Part shown: one piece after another, positions 54,787 through 63,164 of the stretch
Position numbering within the stretch: position 1 is the stretch's first letter
How the letters are laid out: every line of letters begins with the position of its first letter
NCBI GenBank assembly: GCA_035720205.1
Contig: DASTOQ010000118.1
Span: 6,546-70,545, forward strand
DNA: 64,000 nucleotides
Reading direction: 5' to 3'
Source of the DNA: Steroidobacteraceae bacterium
GTDB taxonomy: Bacteria; Pseudomonadota; Gammaproteobacteria; Steroidobacterales; Steroidobacteraceae
Notes under the pieces: generated by a model
Seen by the model: only the letters and a program-made list of their open reading frames with translations
Told to the model about the DNA's origin: nothing
Database searches by the model: none
Translations under genes and position numbers: made by a program

Positions 54787-55679
54787 GCGGCTGCGGTCTG
54801 CGGTGGCGCGCCGGCACGGAACCGGGCGGCCTTGCGAACTTCCTGCTGGAGCACCGGGAATGCGGGAATCCTGGCGTCCCACTCGAGCAGCGTGGCGCGT
54901 CCGCCCGTGCGCTCGTGCACGCGGCGATAGAGTTCCCAGACCTCGTCGATCACGCGGCCGTCGTGCGTATCGATGCAATGCGTGCCGTTGTCCGTGTGCC
55001 CGGCGAGGTGCACCTGCACCACGCGTTCGCAGGGGATCGCATCGAGATACGCCACCGGGTCGAGGTCGTGATTGCGGCAGGTCACGTAGACATTGTTGAC
55101 GTCGAGCAGCAGCGCGCAATCCGCCTCCACGGCGAGCCGCGCGATGAATTCCTCCTCGGGCATCGAGGAGGAAGCAAAGGTCAGGTAGGTGGAAGGATTC
55201 TCGAGCACCAGCGGTCGCTGCAGGTGGTCCTGGATGATGCGCACGCGCCGCACCATGTGCCGCAGACTTTCCTCGGTGTACGGCACCGGGTAGAGATCGT
55301 GGCCGTTGACGCCCGCGACCCCGGTCCAGCAGATGTGGTCGCCGAGCCAGTGCGCTTTCACGCGCTTCGCGAGCGCCGCCAGCTTGTCGAGAAAGGCGAA
55401 ATCGACAGGGTCCGTGCTGCCGACCGACAGGCAGACGCCGTGCATGGCGATCGGGTACCGTTCAGCGATCTGGTCCAGGTACCAGAGCGGGCGTCCACCC
55501 GTATCGAGAAAGTTTTCGGACAGGATCTCGAACCAGTCCATCGCCGGCCAGTGCTCGGTGATGTAACGGAAATGCGGGGTGCGCAGGCCAACGCCCAGCC
55601 CGAGGTCGGGCAGGCGCCAGCAGTTCGGCAGCGGCCGGGCGGCCATGTCGTGATCCCCTGCCATGGTCCCCGCCGTCAT
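54783..55679 (-). CDS. DUF692/UPF0276 family multinuclear non-heme iron oxidase (MNIO; MbnB/BufB-like)
   Basis: 298 aa. GLGVGLRTPHF, DWFEILSENF, YPIAMHGVCLSVGSTDP, HWLGDHICWTGV.G.NGHDLYPVPYTEE and LVLENPSTY are the hallmark DUF692 blocks. Confidence 0.9.
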   Translation of the reverse strand: MTAGTMAGDHDMAARPLPNCWRLPDLGLGVGLRTPHFRYITEHWPAMDWFEILSENFLDTGGRPLWYLDQIAERYPIAMHGVCLSVGSTDPVDFAFLDKLAALAKRVKAHWLGDHICWTGVAGVNGHDLYPVPYTEESLRHMVRRVRIIQDHLQRPLVLENPSTYLTFASSSMPEEEFIARLAVEADCALLLDVNNVYVTCRNHDLDPVAYLDAIPCERVVQVHLAGHTDNGTHCIDTHDGRVIDEVWELYRRVHERTGGRATLLEWDARIPAFPVLQQEVRKAARFRAGAPPQTAAA

Positions 55680-55723
55680 GCGCGCCGATCTGCGTGCATG
55701 ACGGCAGGGTCACGGGCTCGCGA

Positions 55724-56095
55724 TCAGCCCATGTGCGCCGGATCGACCGGCACCTTGCAGCCGCCCTTGCCCTTGCAGCTGTTCTTGCCGGCGCAGCCGC
55801 CGTCGCCGCCCTTGCAGCCGCCTTGGCCTTTGCAGCCATTCTTGCCCGCACACTCGTGCCTGGCCGCGGTAGCGCAGCCGCCCTTGCCCTTGCAGCTGTT
55901 CTTGCCGGCGCAACCGCCGTCGCCGCTCTGGCAACCGCCCTTGCCCTTGCACTCGTTGTGGCCCTTACAGATGTGCTTGTCGCCGCCGCCCTCCGCCGGA
56001 TTGGCGGATGCGACCCTGGCAAGCTCGGCGCCGGCGAGCAGACCGCCCGTCACGCCCAGCATCACCTTGCCGAAGTCCCGACGATTCATGGACAT
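55724..56095 (-). CDS. Exported 12-Cys repeat peptide: RiPP precursor (bufferin BufA2-like, 6/12-Cys class)
   Basis: Start at MSMNRRDFGKVMLGVTGGLLAGAELARVASA (56095) after GGGGGAA. The mature part is Gly/Lys/Cys-rich with two 6-Cys modules. It lies 44 nt upstream of the DUF692 gene. Confidence 0.85.
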   Translation of the reverse strand: MSMNRRDFGKVMLGVTGGLLAGAELARVASANPAEGGGDKHICKGHNECKGKGGCQSGDGGCAGKNSCKGKGGCATAARHECAGKNGCKGQGGCKGGDGGCAGKNSCKGKGGCKVPVDPAHMG

Positions 56096-56285
56096 TGTGG
56101 GTTCCCCCAAATCATTGAGTTGACGCTGAAATGACCCGAAGGGTCGGTGATTAGACCGGCCGTAGCGAGCAAATACTACGCCCGGATTGCCGGCGCAGGT
56201 CCGCGGCGTCGGCTTCTTGCGACGCAACACGCCGGCGACATTCCCAACATGGCCCGGGCGGCGCTCGGTACCATCGCGGCCACGG

Positions 56286-58514
56286 ATGAAGGTCCAGCGC
56301 CGCTTTGCTGTGATGTGGAGATCCCTGGGCCAGGCGCTGCAGCGCATCCTGCTCTCCGCGATTCCCCTGCTGTTCTTCGTGCTGCACGCCGCCGGCGTCC
56401 TGCCGCTCGAGTTCGTGCAGCGCATCGAGAATTACCTCTACGACGTGCGCGTCGGCTGGATGATGCCGAACGTCGTCGATCCGCGCGTCGTGATCGTGGA
56501 CATCGACGAGGCCAGCCTCGCGGCCGAGGGGCAGTGGCCCTGGCCGCGGCGCAAGATCGCGGCGCTCAACGACGCGCTGTTCGACGATTACGGCATCCGC
56601 GCGCTCGGGTTCGACGTGCTGTTCGGCGAGCCCGAGCGCAGCGCGGAACTGCAGCTGATCGAGGCCATCGCCAGCGGCCCGCTCGCGGGCGACACCGGGC
56701 GCCTGGTGCGACTGGAGGAGATCCGCCGCGAGCACGAGGGCGACCGCCTGCTCGCGGAATCCCTGATCGCGCGCGACATCGTGCTCGGCTACGTATTCAA
56801 GCAACGGCCCGGCCCGTCCGAGCCCGCGACCACCGGCCTGCTGCCGCCGCCGGTCACCTTCGCGGACAGCCGCATCCACGGCCACGGCTGGCTGCGGCCG
56901 CTGGGCTACGCCGCCAACCTCCAGGCACTGCAGCAGTCCGCCCCGGCCGGCGGCTTCTTCGACACGCCGCTCACCGACGAGGACGGCGTGGTGCGCAGGG
57001 TGCCGCTCTACCAGTACTACGACGGCAACCTCTACGAATCGCTCTCCCTCGGCCTCGCGCGACTCGCGCAGGGCACGCCGGCAGTGCAGTTCGCCTTCGA
57101 CGCGGGTCGCCCCGAGCGCCTCGCCTACCTCAGCCTCGGCGAGACCCGCATCCCGGTCGACGACCAGGGCGCGGTGCTGATTCCCTTTCGCGGCCCGCTC
57201 GGCAGCTTCCGCTACATCTCGGCCACCGACGTCCTGAACCAGCGGGCGCCGGCGGAGGCGCTGCAGGATGCCATCGTGCTGGTCGGCGCGAGCGCGCCGG
57301 GGCTGCAGGACGTGCGCGCGGTGCCGGTCGCCAAGGAGTACATCGGCGTGGAGGCGCACGCCAACCTGGTCTCGGGCTTCCTCGACGGCACGATCCCGTT
57401 CCGGCCGCGCCAGTCCGCGCTCGCCGAGATCCTGGCGCTGCTCGTGGTCGCGCTGCTCACGGCGCTCATCCTCCCGCGCCTGGCGCCGCTGGCCGGCTTC
57501 GGCCTGTTCCTGCTGCTGGTCGCCGCCGCGCTCGGCCTCAACCTCATGCTCTGGTCGCGCTACGGCCTGGTGCTCCCGCTCGCGGCCGTGCTGGTCTACA
57601 CGACCATCGCGGCGCTGCTGCAGCTCACCTGGGGATACTTCACCGCCACCCGCCGCCGCCAGCGCCTGTCGCGCATCTTCGGCCAGTACGTGCCGTCCGA
57701 GATCGTCAGCGAGCTCGACGCCGGCGGCGCGGAAGTCTCGCTCGAGGGCGAGAGCCGGGAGATGTCGGTGCTGTTCTCCGACGTGCGCGGCTTCACGACC
57801 ATCTCCGAGGGCCTGCAGGCGCGCGAGCTCACGCAGCTCATGAACGAGTTCCTGACGCCGATCACCGCCGCCATCCACCGCCACCGCGGCACCATCGACA
57901 AGTACATGGGCGACGCGGTGATGGCCTTCTGGGGCGCGCCGCTGCCGGATGCGGAGCACGCGGCGCACGCGGTCCAGGCGGCCCAGGCGATGGTCGCCGA
58001 GATGCGCGCGCTCAGGCCCGCCTTCGAGGCGCGCGGCTGGCCCGCGATCGAGATCGGGGTCGGCATCTCGAGCGGCGAGATGAACGTCGGCAACATGGGC
58101 TCGCAGTTCCGCGCCGCCTACACCGTGCTCGGCGACGCCGTGAACCTCGGCTCGCGCCTCGAGGGCCTCACCAAGACCTACGGCGTCAACATCATCGTCA
58201 GCGAACGGACCGTGGCGCTGGCGCCGGGCCTGAAATACCGCGAACTCGACCGCGTGCGGGTCAAGGGCAAGCAGGAACCGGTCGGCATCTACGAGCCGAT
58301 CGCGCCGGCGGACGAGCCCGCGGCGCAGCGTTTCGCGGACGCGCTCGCCTGCTACCGGGACCAGGACTGGGACGGCGCAGAGACGCTCGTCACGGAACTG
58401 GAAGCCGCCGCGCCGCATCCGCTCCACCGGCTCTATCTCGGGCGCATCCGGCATTTCCGGTCGCAGCCGCCGCCGCCCGATTGGGATGGTGTTTTCACCT
58501 TCCACGCTAAATAA
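56286..58514 (+). CDS. CHASE2-domain membrane sensor fused to a class III adenylate cyclase
   Basis: CHASE2 (VVIVDIDEASL...GQWPWPR), three TMs, then the cyclase domain (MSVLFSDVRGFTTISE, GTIDKYMGDAVMAFWGAP, YTVLGDAVNLGSRLEG). The start could be 56286 or 56313. Confidence 0.85.
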   Translation: MKVQRRFAVMWRSLGQALQRILLSAIPLLFFVLHAAGVLPLEFVQRIENYLYDVRVGWMMPNVVDPRVVIVDIDEASLAAEGQWPWPRRKIAALNDALFDDYGIRALGFDVLFGEPERSAELQLIEAIASGPLAGDTGRLVRLEEIRREHEGDRLLAESLIARDIVLGYVFKQRPGPSEPATTGLLPPPVTFADSRIHGHGWLRPLGYAANLQALQQSAPAGGFFDTPLTDEDGVVRRVPLYQYYDGNLYESLSLGLARLAQGTPAVQFAFDAGRPERLAYLSLGETRIPVDDQGAVLIPFRGPLGSFRYISATDVLNQRAPAEALQDAIVLVGASAPGLQDVRAVPVAKEYIGVEAHANLVSGFLDGTIPFRPRQSALAEILALLVVALLTALILPRLAPLAGFGLFLLLVAAALGLNLMLWSRYGLVLPLAAVLVYTTIAALLQLTWGYFTATRRRQRLSRIFGQYVPSEIVSELDAGGAEVSLEGESREMSVLFSDVRGFTTISEGLQARELTQLMNEFLTPITAAIHRHRGTIDKYMGDAVMAFWGAPLPDAEHAAHAVQAAQAMVAEMRALRPAFEARGWPAIEIGVGISSGEMNVGNMGSQFRAAYTVLGDAVNLGSRLEGLTKTYGVNIIVSERTVALAPGLKYRELDRVRVKGKQEPVGIYEPIAPADEPAAQRFADALACYRDQDWDGAETLVTELEAAAPHPLHRLYLGRIRHFRSQPPPPDWDGVFTFHAK

Positions 58515-58552
58515 TACGGCGCGACCCGGCGCGTCGTTCTCGGGGGGAGCCT

Positions 58553-59872
58553 GTGATCATCCGACTCATCCGCTGCATCGCGCTGGCGTGCGCGCTGGCA
58601 CCCATCGCCGCTGTCTCCCAGTCCGGCACGGTCCTTGCCGACGCGGAGCGGCTCATCCGCGACGGCCGCGGGGCCGAGGCGTATCGCCTGCTCGCGCAGC
58701 ACGAAGCCGCCCTCGCCGGCCAGTCGCTCTATGACTACCTCTATGGCGTCGCCGCGCTCGACGCCGGCCAGCCGCGCGCGGCCGTCGCGGCGCTCACGCG
58801 CGCGGTCGCCAACGACCCGCGCTCGGCAGCGGCGCGCCTCGAGCTCGGCCGCGCGTATCACGCCGCGGGCGAGCGCGCGGCGGCCGAGCGCCAGTTCCGC
58901 GAAGCGCTCGCACTGGGCCCGGCGCCAGGCACGCGCGCATCGGCCGAGGCCTGGCTGCGCGCGCTCGACCGGCCCGCCGCGGCGGCCACGTCCGGCTGGA
59001 GCGGAGGCTACGAGTTCGGCGCCGGCTTCGACAGCAACGCGAACGCTTCCACGGACGACGACACGTTCCTCGGCATCACGCTCAATCCCACCAATGTGGA
59101 GCAATCGTCGGCGTTCGCGACGCTCGCCGGCTGGTTCGGCCACGCAGCCGACCTCGGCGGCGGCCGCATCCGGACGCATGGCCGCATCGGCCATCGCTGG
59201 AACCCCGACGCCGACTGGGTGGACCAGACCATCGCTGCGCTCGGCACGCAGCTGCGCTTCGGCGAGGGCCCGACCGTCTTCGGCCTCGGCCTGGGAGGCT
59301 GGTACGGGCTGCTGCACGGCGACCCGCATCACTGGAGCGCGAGCCTCGACCTCTCGCTGAGCCGCAGCTTCGGCGACGGCTGGCGCGCGACGGGCCAGCT
59401 GCGCGCGGGCCAGCTGCGCTACGAGGAGAGCGAATTCCCCGGCCTGTCCGTGCTCGACATGGACCAGCTGCTGGCGGCGATCTCGCTGCAGCGCGCGGGC
59501 GATACCGGGCACTTCGGCATCACGGCGTTCCTCGGCTCCGACGAAGAGCAGGAATCCGGCTCGCCCTTCGGCAACGAGCGCCTGGGACTGCAGTTCTACG
59601 GCGGCATCCGGGACGCGGCCGGCCGGGACGTCGGCGTCCAGGTCTCCTGGCAGGAAGTCGATTTCGACGACGCGCCCGGCTTCTTCGGCGGCGTCGACCG
59701 CTCCGACAACGCCTGGTCCGCCGCGTTCACGATCGGCATACCCGACTGGCCGGTCACCGGCATGCAGCTCACGCCGCGCATCGGCTGGAGCGGCAACGAG
59801 TCGAACATCCCGCTCTACGATTACGACCGCTTCGAGGCCGGACTGACGCTCACGCGCAAGTTCCGCCAGTGA
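58553..59872 (+). CDS. TPR-containing putative outer-membrane beta-barrel protein (DUF560/Slam-like architecture)
   Basis: 439 aa, GTG start, signal peptide. N-terminal TPR-like helices, then alternating-pattern beta strands rich in G/D/N/W/Y. Confidence 0.55.
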   Translation: MIIRLIRCIALACALAPIAAVSQSGTVLADAERLIRDGRGAEAYRLLAQHEAALAGQSLYDYLYGVAALDAGQPRAAVAALTRAVANDPRSAAARLELGRAYHAAGERAAAERQFREALALGPAPGTRASAEAWLRALDRPAAAATSGWSGGYEFGAGFDSNANASTDDDTFLGITLNPTNVEQSSAFATLAGWFGHAADLGGGRIRTHGRIGHRWNPDADWVDQTIAALGTQLRFGEGPTVFGLGLGGWYGLLHGDPHHWSASLDLSLSRSFGDGWRATGQLRAGQLRYEESEFPGLSVLDMDQLLAAISLQRAGDTGHFGITAFLGSDEEQESGSPFGNERLGLQFYGGIRDAAGRDVGVQVSWQEVDFDDAPGFFGGVDRSDNAWSAAFTIGIPDWPVTGMQLTPRIGWSGNESNIPLYDYDRFEAGLTLTRKFRQ

Positions 59873-59880
59873 GGGACGCC

Positions 59881-60828
59881 ATGATGCCCCAGACCCACCG
59901 GATCCGCGCTTTCGTCGCCGCCTGCGCGGCCGCGCTCGCCTTCACCGCTGCCGCCGATGCGAAGGACGCCGGCAAGGCGCTGTTCGTCGCCGGCCAGGTC
60001 ATGCTCGAGCGCGCGCCGCCCGTCCCGCTCGCGCAGGGCGACGCGGTGCAGGTCGGCGACACGATCGCGACCGGCGACAAGTCCCGCGCGCAGATCCTGA
60101 TGAACGACGGCGCCCGCGTCGCGCTGCGCGCGAACTCGCGCTACCGCGTGGACGAGTTCAGCCTGCCCGCCTCGGTGGGAGCACCCACCCAGGCGACGAC
60201 CACGCGCGCGGAAGGCGTCAGCGTGGCGACGCTGCTGAAGGGCGGGTTCAGGAGCTCGACCGGCGCAATCGGCAAGGACGGCGCCGGCAGCTACGAGGTG
60301 CGCACGCCCATCGGCACGCTCGGCATCCGCGGCACCGACTACACCGCCGTCTGGTGCCAGGGCGACTGCGCGGACGTGCCCGCCGCGGCGCCGGCCCGAA
60401 ACGGCATGTACCTCGCGACGCACTCGGGCGCGATCGTGTTCCGCCATGGCGGGCGCGAGACCGTGGTCGAGGCGGGCCAGGCGATCTTCATCGCCGCGAC
60501 CGATGCCTTGCCCGAGCCGCTCGACCAGCTGCCCGAATGGCTGAAGACGGACGGCGCCGGTCCGCTCGTGACCGGCGGGCGCGACGACGGCAAGGGCCAG
60601 TCCGCGCTGCCCGATTTCTCGGCCACCCACCAGCCGCCCGCCGGCCAGGCGCCAACGGATTCCACGGCGCCGGACCCGTCGGATCCCGCCGGCAGGCCGG
60701 GCCTGGAGCGGCCGATCCGCGGCACCGTCGGCGGCCAGCCGATCGACCTGACGCAGGGCCAGATCGACCAGCGCAGCCCCAACAATCCGCCGCCCGGTAC
60801 GCCGTCCCAGCCTCCGCCCGGCAACTGA
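59881..60828 (+). CDS. Secreted FecR-domain protein with a Pro-rich C-terminal tail
   Basis: ATG at 59881 after GAGGGA. Signal peptide. FecR-like core (GDTIATGDKSRAQILMNDGARVALRANS...VRTPIGTLGIRGTDY). Confidence 0.7.
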   Translation: MMPQTHRIRAFVAACAAALAFTAAADAKDAGKALFVAGQVMLERAPPVPLAQGDAVQVGDTIATGDKSRAQILMNDGARVALRANSRYRVDEFSLPASVGAPTQATTTRAEGVSVATLLKGGFRSSTGAIGKDGAGSYEVRTPIGTLGIRGTDYTAVWCQGDCADVPAAAPARNGMYLATHSGAIVFRHGGRETVVEAGQAIFIAATDALPEPLDQLPEWLKTDGAGPLVTGGRDDGKGQSALPDFSATHQPPAGQAPTDSTAPDPSDPAGRPGLERPIRGTVGGQPIDLTQGQIDQRSPNNPPPGTPSQPPPGN

Positions 60829-60833
60829 GGGGC

Positions 60834-63164
60834 ATGAACCCCGGGCATCACCGGATCGCGATCGTCGGAGCCGGTCCGGGGGGCCTGAGCGCGGCGGCCC
60901 ACGCGGCACGGCTCGGGGTGGACCACGTGCTGCTCGAGGCGAGCCCCGCGCACGCGCACACGATCCAGCGCTACCAGAAGGGCAAGCACGTCATGGCGGA
61001 GCCGCCGGTGCTGCCGCTGCGCGCCGACCTGCCGTTCGAGGCCGGCACGCGCGAGACGGTGCTCGAGCGCTGGCGCGCCGGACTCGGGGCCACCGGCGCC
61101 AACGTCCGCTACGGCGCCGAGGTCACGGCGATCGCCAAAGGCGCCGACGGCTTCCGCCTCGCGCTCAAGGACGGCAGTGCGCTCACCGCCGACCACGTGG
61201 TGTTCGCGATCGGCATGCAGGGCAACCTGCGCCGGCTCGAGGTGCCGGGCGCCGACCTGCCCTGCGTGCAGTACCAGCTCGACGATCCCGACGAGTACCG
61301 CGGCGAGGTCATCGTGGTCGTGGGCGCGGGCGACGCGGCCATCGAGAATGCGGTCGCGCTGGCGGCGCAGAACGAGGTCGTCATCGTCAACCGCATCGAC
61401 GAGTTCGCGCGCGTCAAGGACGGCAACCTCAAGCTGATCCTGAAGTCGATCGAGTCCGGCCGCATCGGCTGCTACTACCGCAGCGGCGTCGCCGCCATCG
61501 AGCGCGCGCACGGCGACGGCGTGCGCCCATACGTGCTGGTGCTCAACACCGCGGACGGCGAGGCGCGCATCGCCTGCGACCGCATCATCGCGCGCATCGG
61601 CGCCATCCCGCCGCGCAAGTTCGTGGAGGCCTGCGGCATCGCCTTCCCGAGCGCGGACCCGATGGCCCTGCCCGCGCTGTCCTCGCGCTACGAGTCGAGC
61701 GTCAAGGGCCTCTACGTCATCGGCGCGCTCGGCGGCTACCCGCTCATCAAGCAGGCGATGAACCAGGGCTACGAGGTCATCGAGTACATCCTCGGCCGCG
61801 ACCTGCGCCCCGCGGACCATCCGCTGTTCGAGGAGAAGTTCGCGAAGCTGCGCTTCGGCCTCACGGTGGACGACACGCTCGGCCTGGTCCAGGAGCGCAT
61901 CCCGCTCTACCGCGAGATCAACCCGCTGCAGTTCCGCGAGTTCATGCTGGGAAGCCGGGTGCACCGCCCGGAGTCGGGCGCCACGATCTTCCGCCGCAAC
62001 GACTACACCGACACCTTCTTCGCGATCGTCGACGGCACGGTCGAGATCGAGATCGGCGAGGAGGAACCCTATCGCCTCAGGCTGGGCAGCGGCCAGTTCT
62101 TCGGCGAGATGAGCCTGCTGTCGGGACGCCGCCGCTCGGCCACGGCCTACGCGGGTCCCGGCTGCGTGCTGGTCGAATCGCCGCGGCGCGAGGTGCTGAA
62201 GCTCGTCAACTCGATCGAGGCCGTGCGCCACCACATCGACCGGCACTTCGTCATCCGCGCCATCCAGACCGCGTTCGCACCGAACGCCTCGGACGAGGAA
62301 CTCGAGGCGGTGGCGGAGCGCGCCAGGGTCAACGACTACAAGCCCGGCGCGGTGATCTTCGCCGAGGGGGCGGAGGCCGACACCCTGCATCTCATCCGCA
62401 GCGGGTCGGTGGCCGTGTCGCGCAACATCGGCGGGCGCGAGATCGTCACCTCCTACGTCGCCGCCGGCAATTACGTCGGCGAGATGGGGCTGATGGGCAG
62501 GACGCGCCGCGCCGCCACCGTGCGCGCCAATGTCGCGACCGAAACCGTGAGCCTCTCCGCCGCCGATTTCGACGCCTTGCTGGCGAGGAACCCCGAACTG
62601 CGTCAGAAGGTGCAGGCCCTGGTGCGCAAGCGCCTGGCCGAGAACGCGCGCATCTCCGCGCAGCCGCAGACCGGCGACATCGTCTCGTTCCTGATGCAGC
62701 AGGGCCTCGGCGAGGCGACCGACGTGCTCTTGATCGACGAGTCGCTCTGCATCGGCTGCGACAACTGCGAGAAGGCCTGCGCCGGCACCCACGACGGCAC
62801 TTCGCGCCTCGACCGCGAGGCCGGGCCGACCTATGCGCGCCTGCACGTGCCGACCTCCTGCCGCCACTGCGAGGACCCGCACTGCATGACCGACTGCCCG
62901 CCGGATGCGATCCGGCGCGCGCCGAACGGCGAGGTCTACATCCGCGACAACTGCATCGGCTGCGGCAACTGCGAGCGCAACTGCCCCTACGGCGTGATCC
63001 AGATGGCAGCAGCCGAGGCGGAGGGCCCGAAGAAGGCCGTCAAGTGCGACATGTGCAAGGACCTCTCCGGCGGGCCCGCCTGCGTGCGCGCCTGCCCGAC
63101 CGGCGCTGCGATCCGCGTCGGGCCCGAGAGCCTCATGGACCTGGTGGCGCGCGTGGAGCGATAG
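60834..63164 (+). CDS. Fusion protein: FAD/NAD(P)-dependent oxidoreductase + two cyclic-nucleotide-binding domains + four-motif 4Fe-4S ferredoxin (DmsB/NrfC-like)
   Basis: ATG at 60834. IAIVGAGPGGLSAA and VVVGAGDAAIENA Rossmann motifs. Two CNB signatures (FFGEMSLLSGRRRSATA and YVGEMGLMGRTRRAATV). Four Cys clusters (CIGCDNCEKAC, CRHCEDPHCMTDCP, CIGCGNCERNCP, CDMCKDLSGGPACVRACP). Confidence 0.85.
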   Translation: MNPGHHRIAIVGAGPGGLSAAAHAARLGVDHVLLEASPAHAHTIQRYQKGKHVMAEPPVLPLRADLPFEAGTRETVLERWRAGLGATGANVRYGAEVTAIAKGADGFRLALKDGSALTADHVVFAIGMQGNLRRLEVPGADLPCVQYQLDDPDEYRGEVIVVVGAGDAAIENAVALAAQNEVVIVNRIDEFARVKDGNLKLILKSIESGRIGCYYRSGVAAIERAHGDGVRPYVLVLNTADGEARIACDRIIARIGAIPPRKFVEACGIAFPSADPMALPALSSRYESSVKGLYVIGALGGYPLIKQAMNQGYEVIEYILGRDLRPADHPLFEEKFAKLRFGLTVDDTLGLVQERIPLYREINPLQFREFMLGSRVHRPESGATIFRRNDYTDTFFAIVDGTVEIEIGEEEPYRLRLGSGQFFGEMSLLSGRRRSATAYAGPGCVLVESPRREVLKLVNSIEAVRHHIDRHFVIRAIQTAFAPNASDEELEAVAERARVNDYKPGAVIFAEGAEADTLHLIRSGSVAVSRNIGGREIVTSYVAAGNYVGEMGLMGRTRRAATVRANVATETVSLSAADFDALLARNPELRQKVQALVRKRLAENARISAQPQTGDIVSFLMQQGLGEATDVLLIDESLCIGCDNCEKACAGTHDGTSRLDREAGPTYARLHVPTSCRHCEDPHCMTDCPPDAIRRAPNGEVYIRDNCIGCGNCERNCPYGVIQMAAAEAEGPKKAVKCDMCKDLSGGPACVRACPTGAAIRVGPESLMDLVARVER

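Noticed and set aside
59881-59925. A lipobox (FVAAC) in the FecR-domain protein, implying a Slam-type surface lipoprotein substrate
   Set aside because: The Cys sits only 15 residues from the start, after a very short hydrophobic stretch, and hydrophobic sequence continues beyond it to an AxA-like site (AADA). A signal peptidase I substrate seems more likely.
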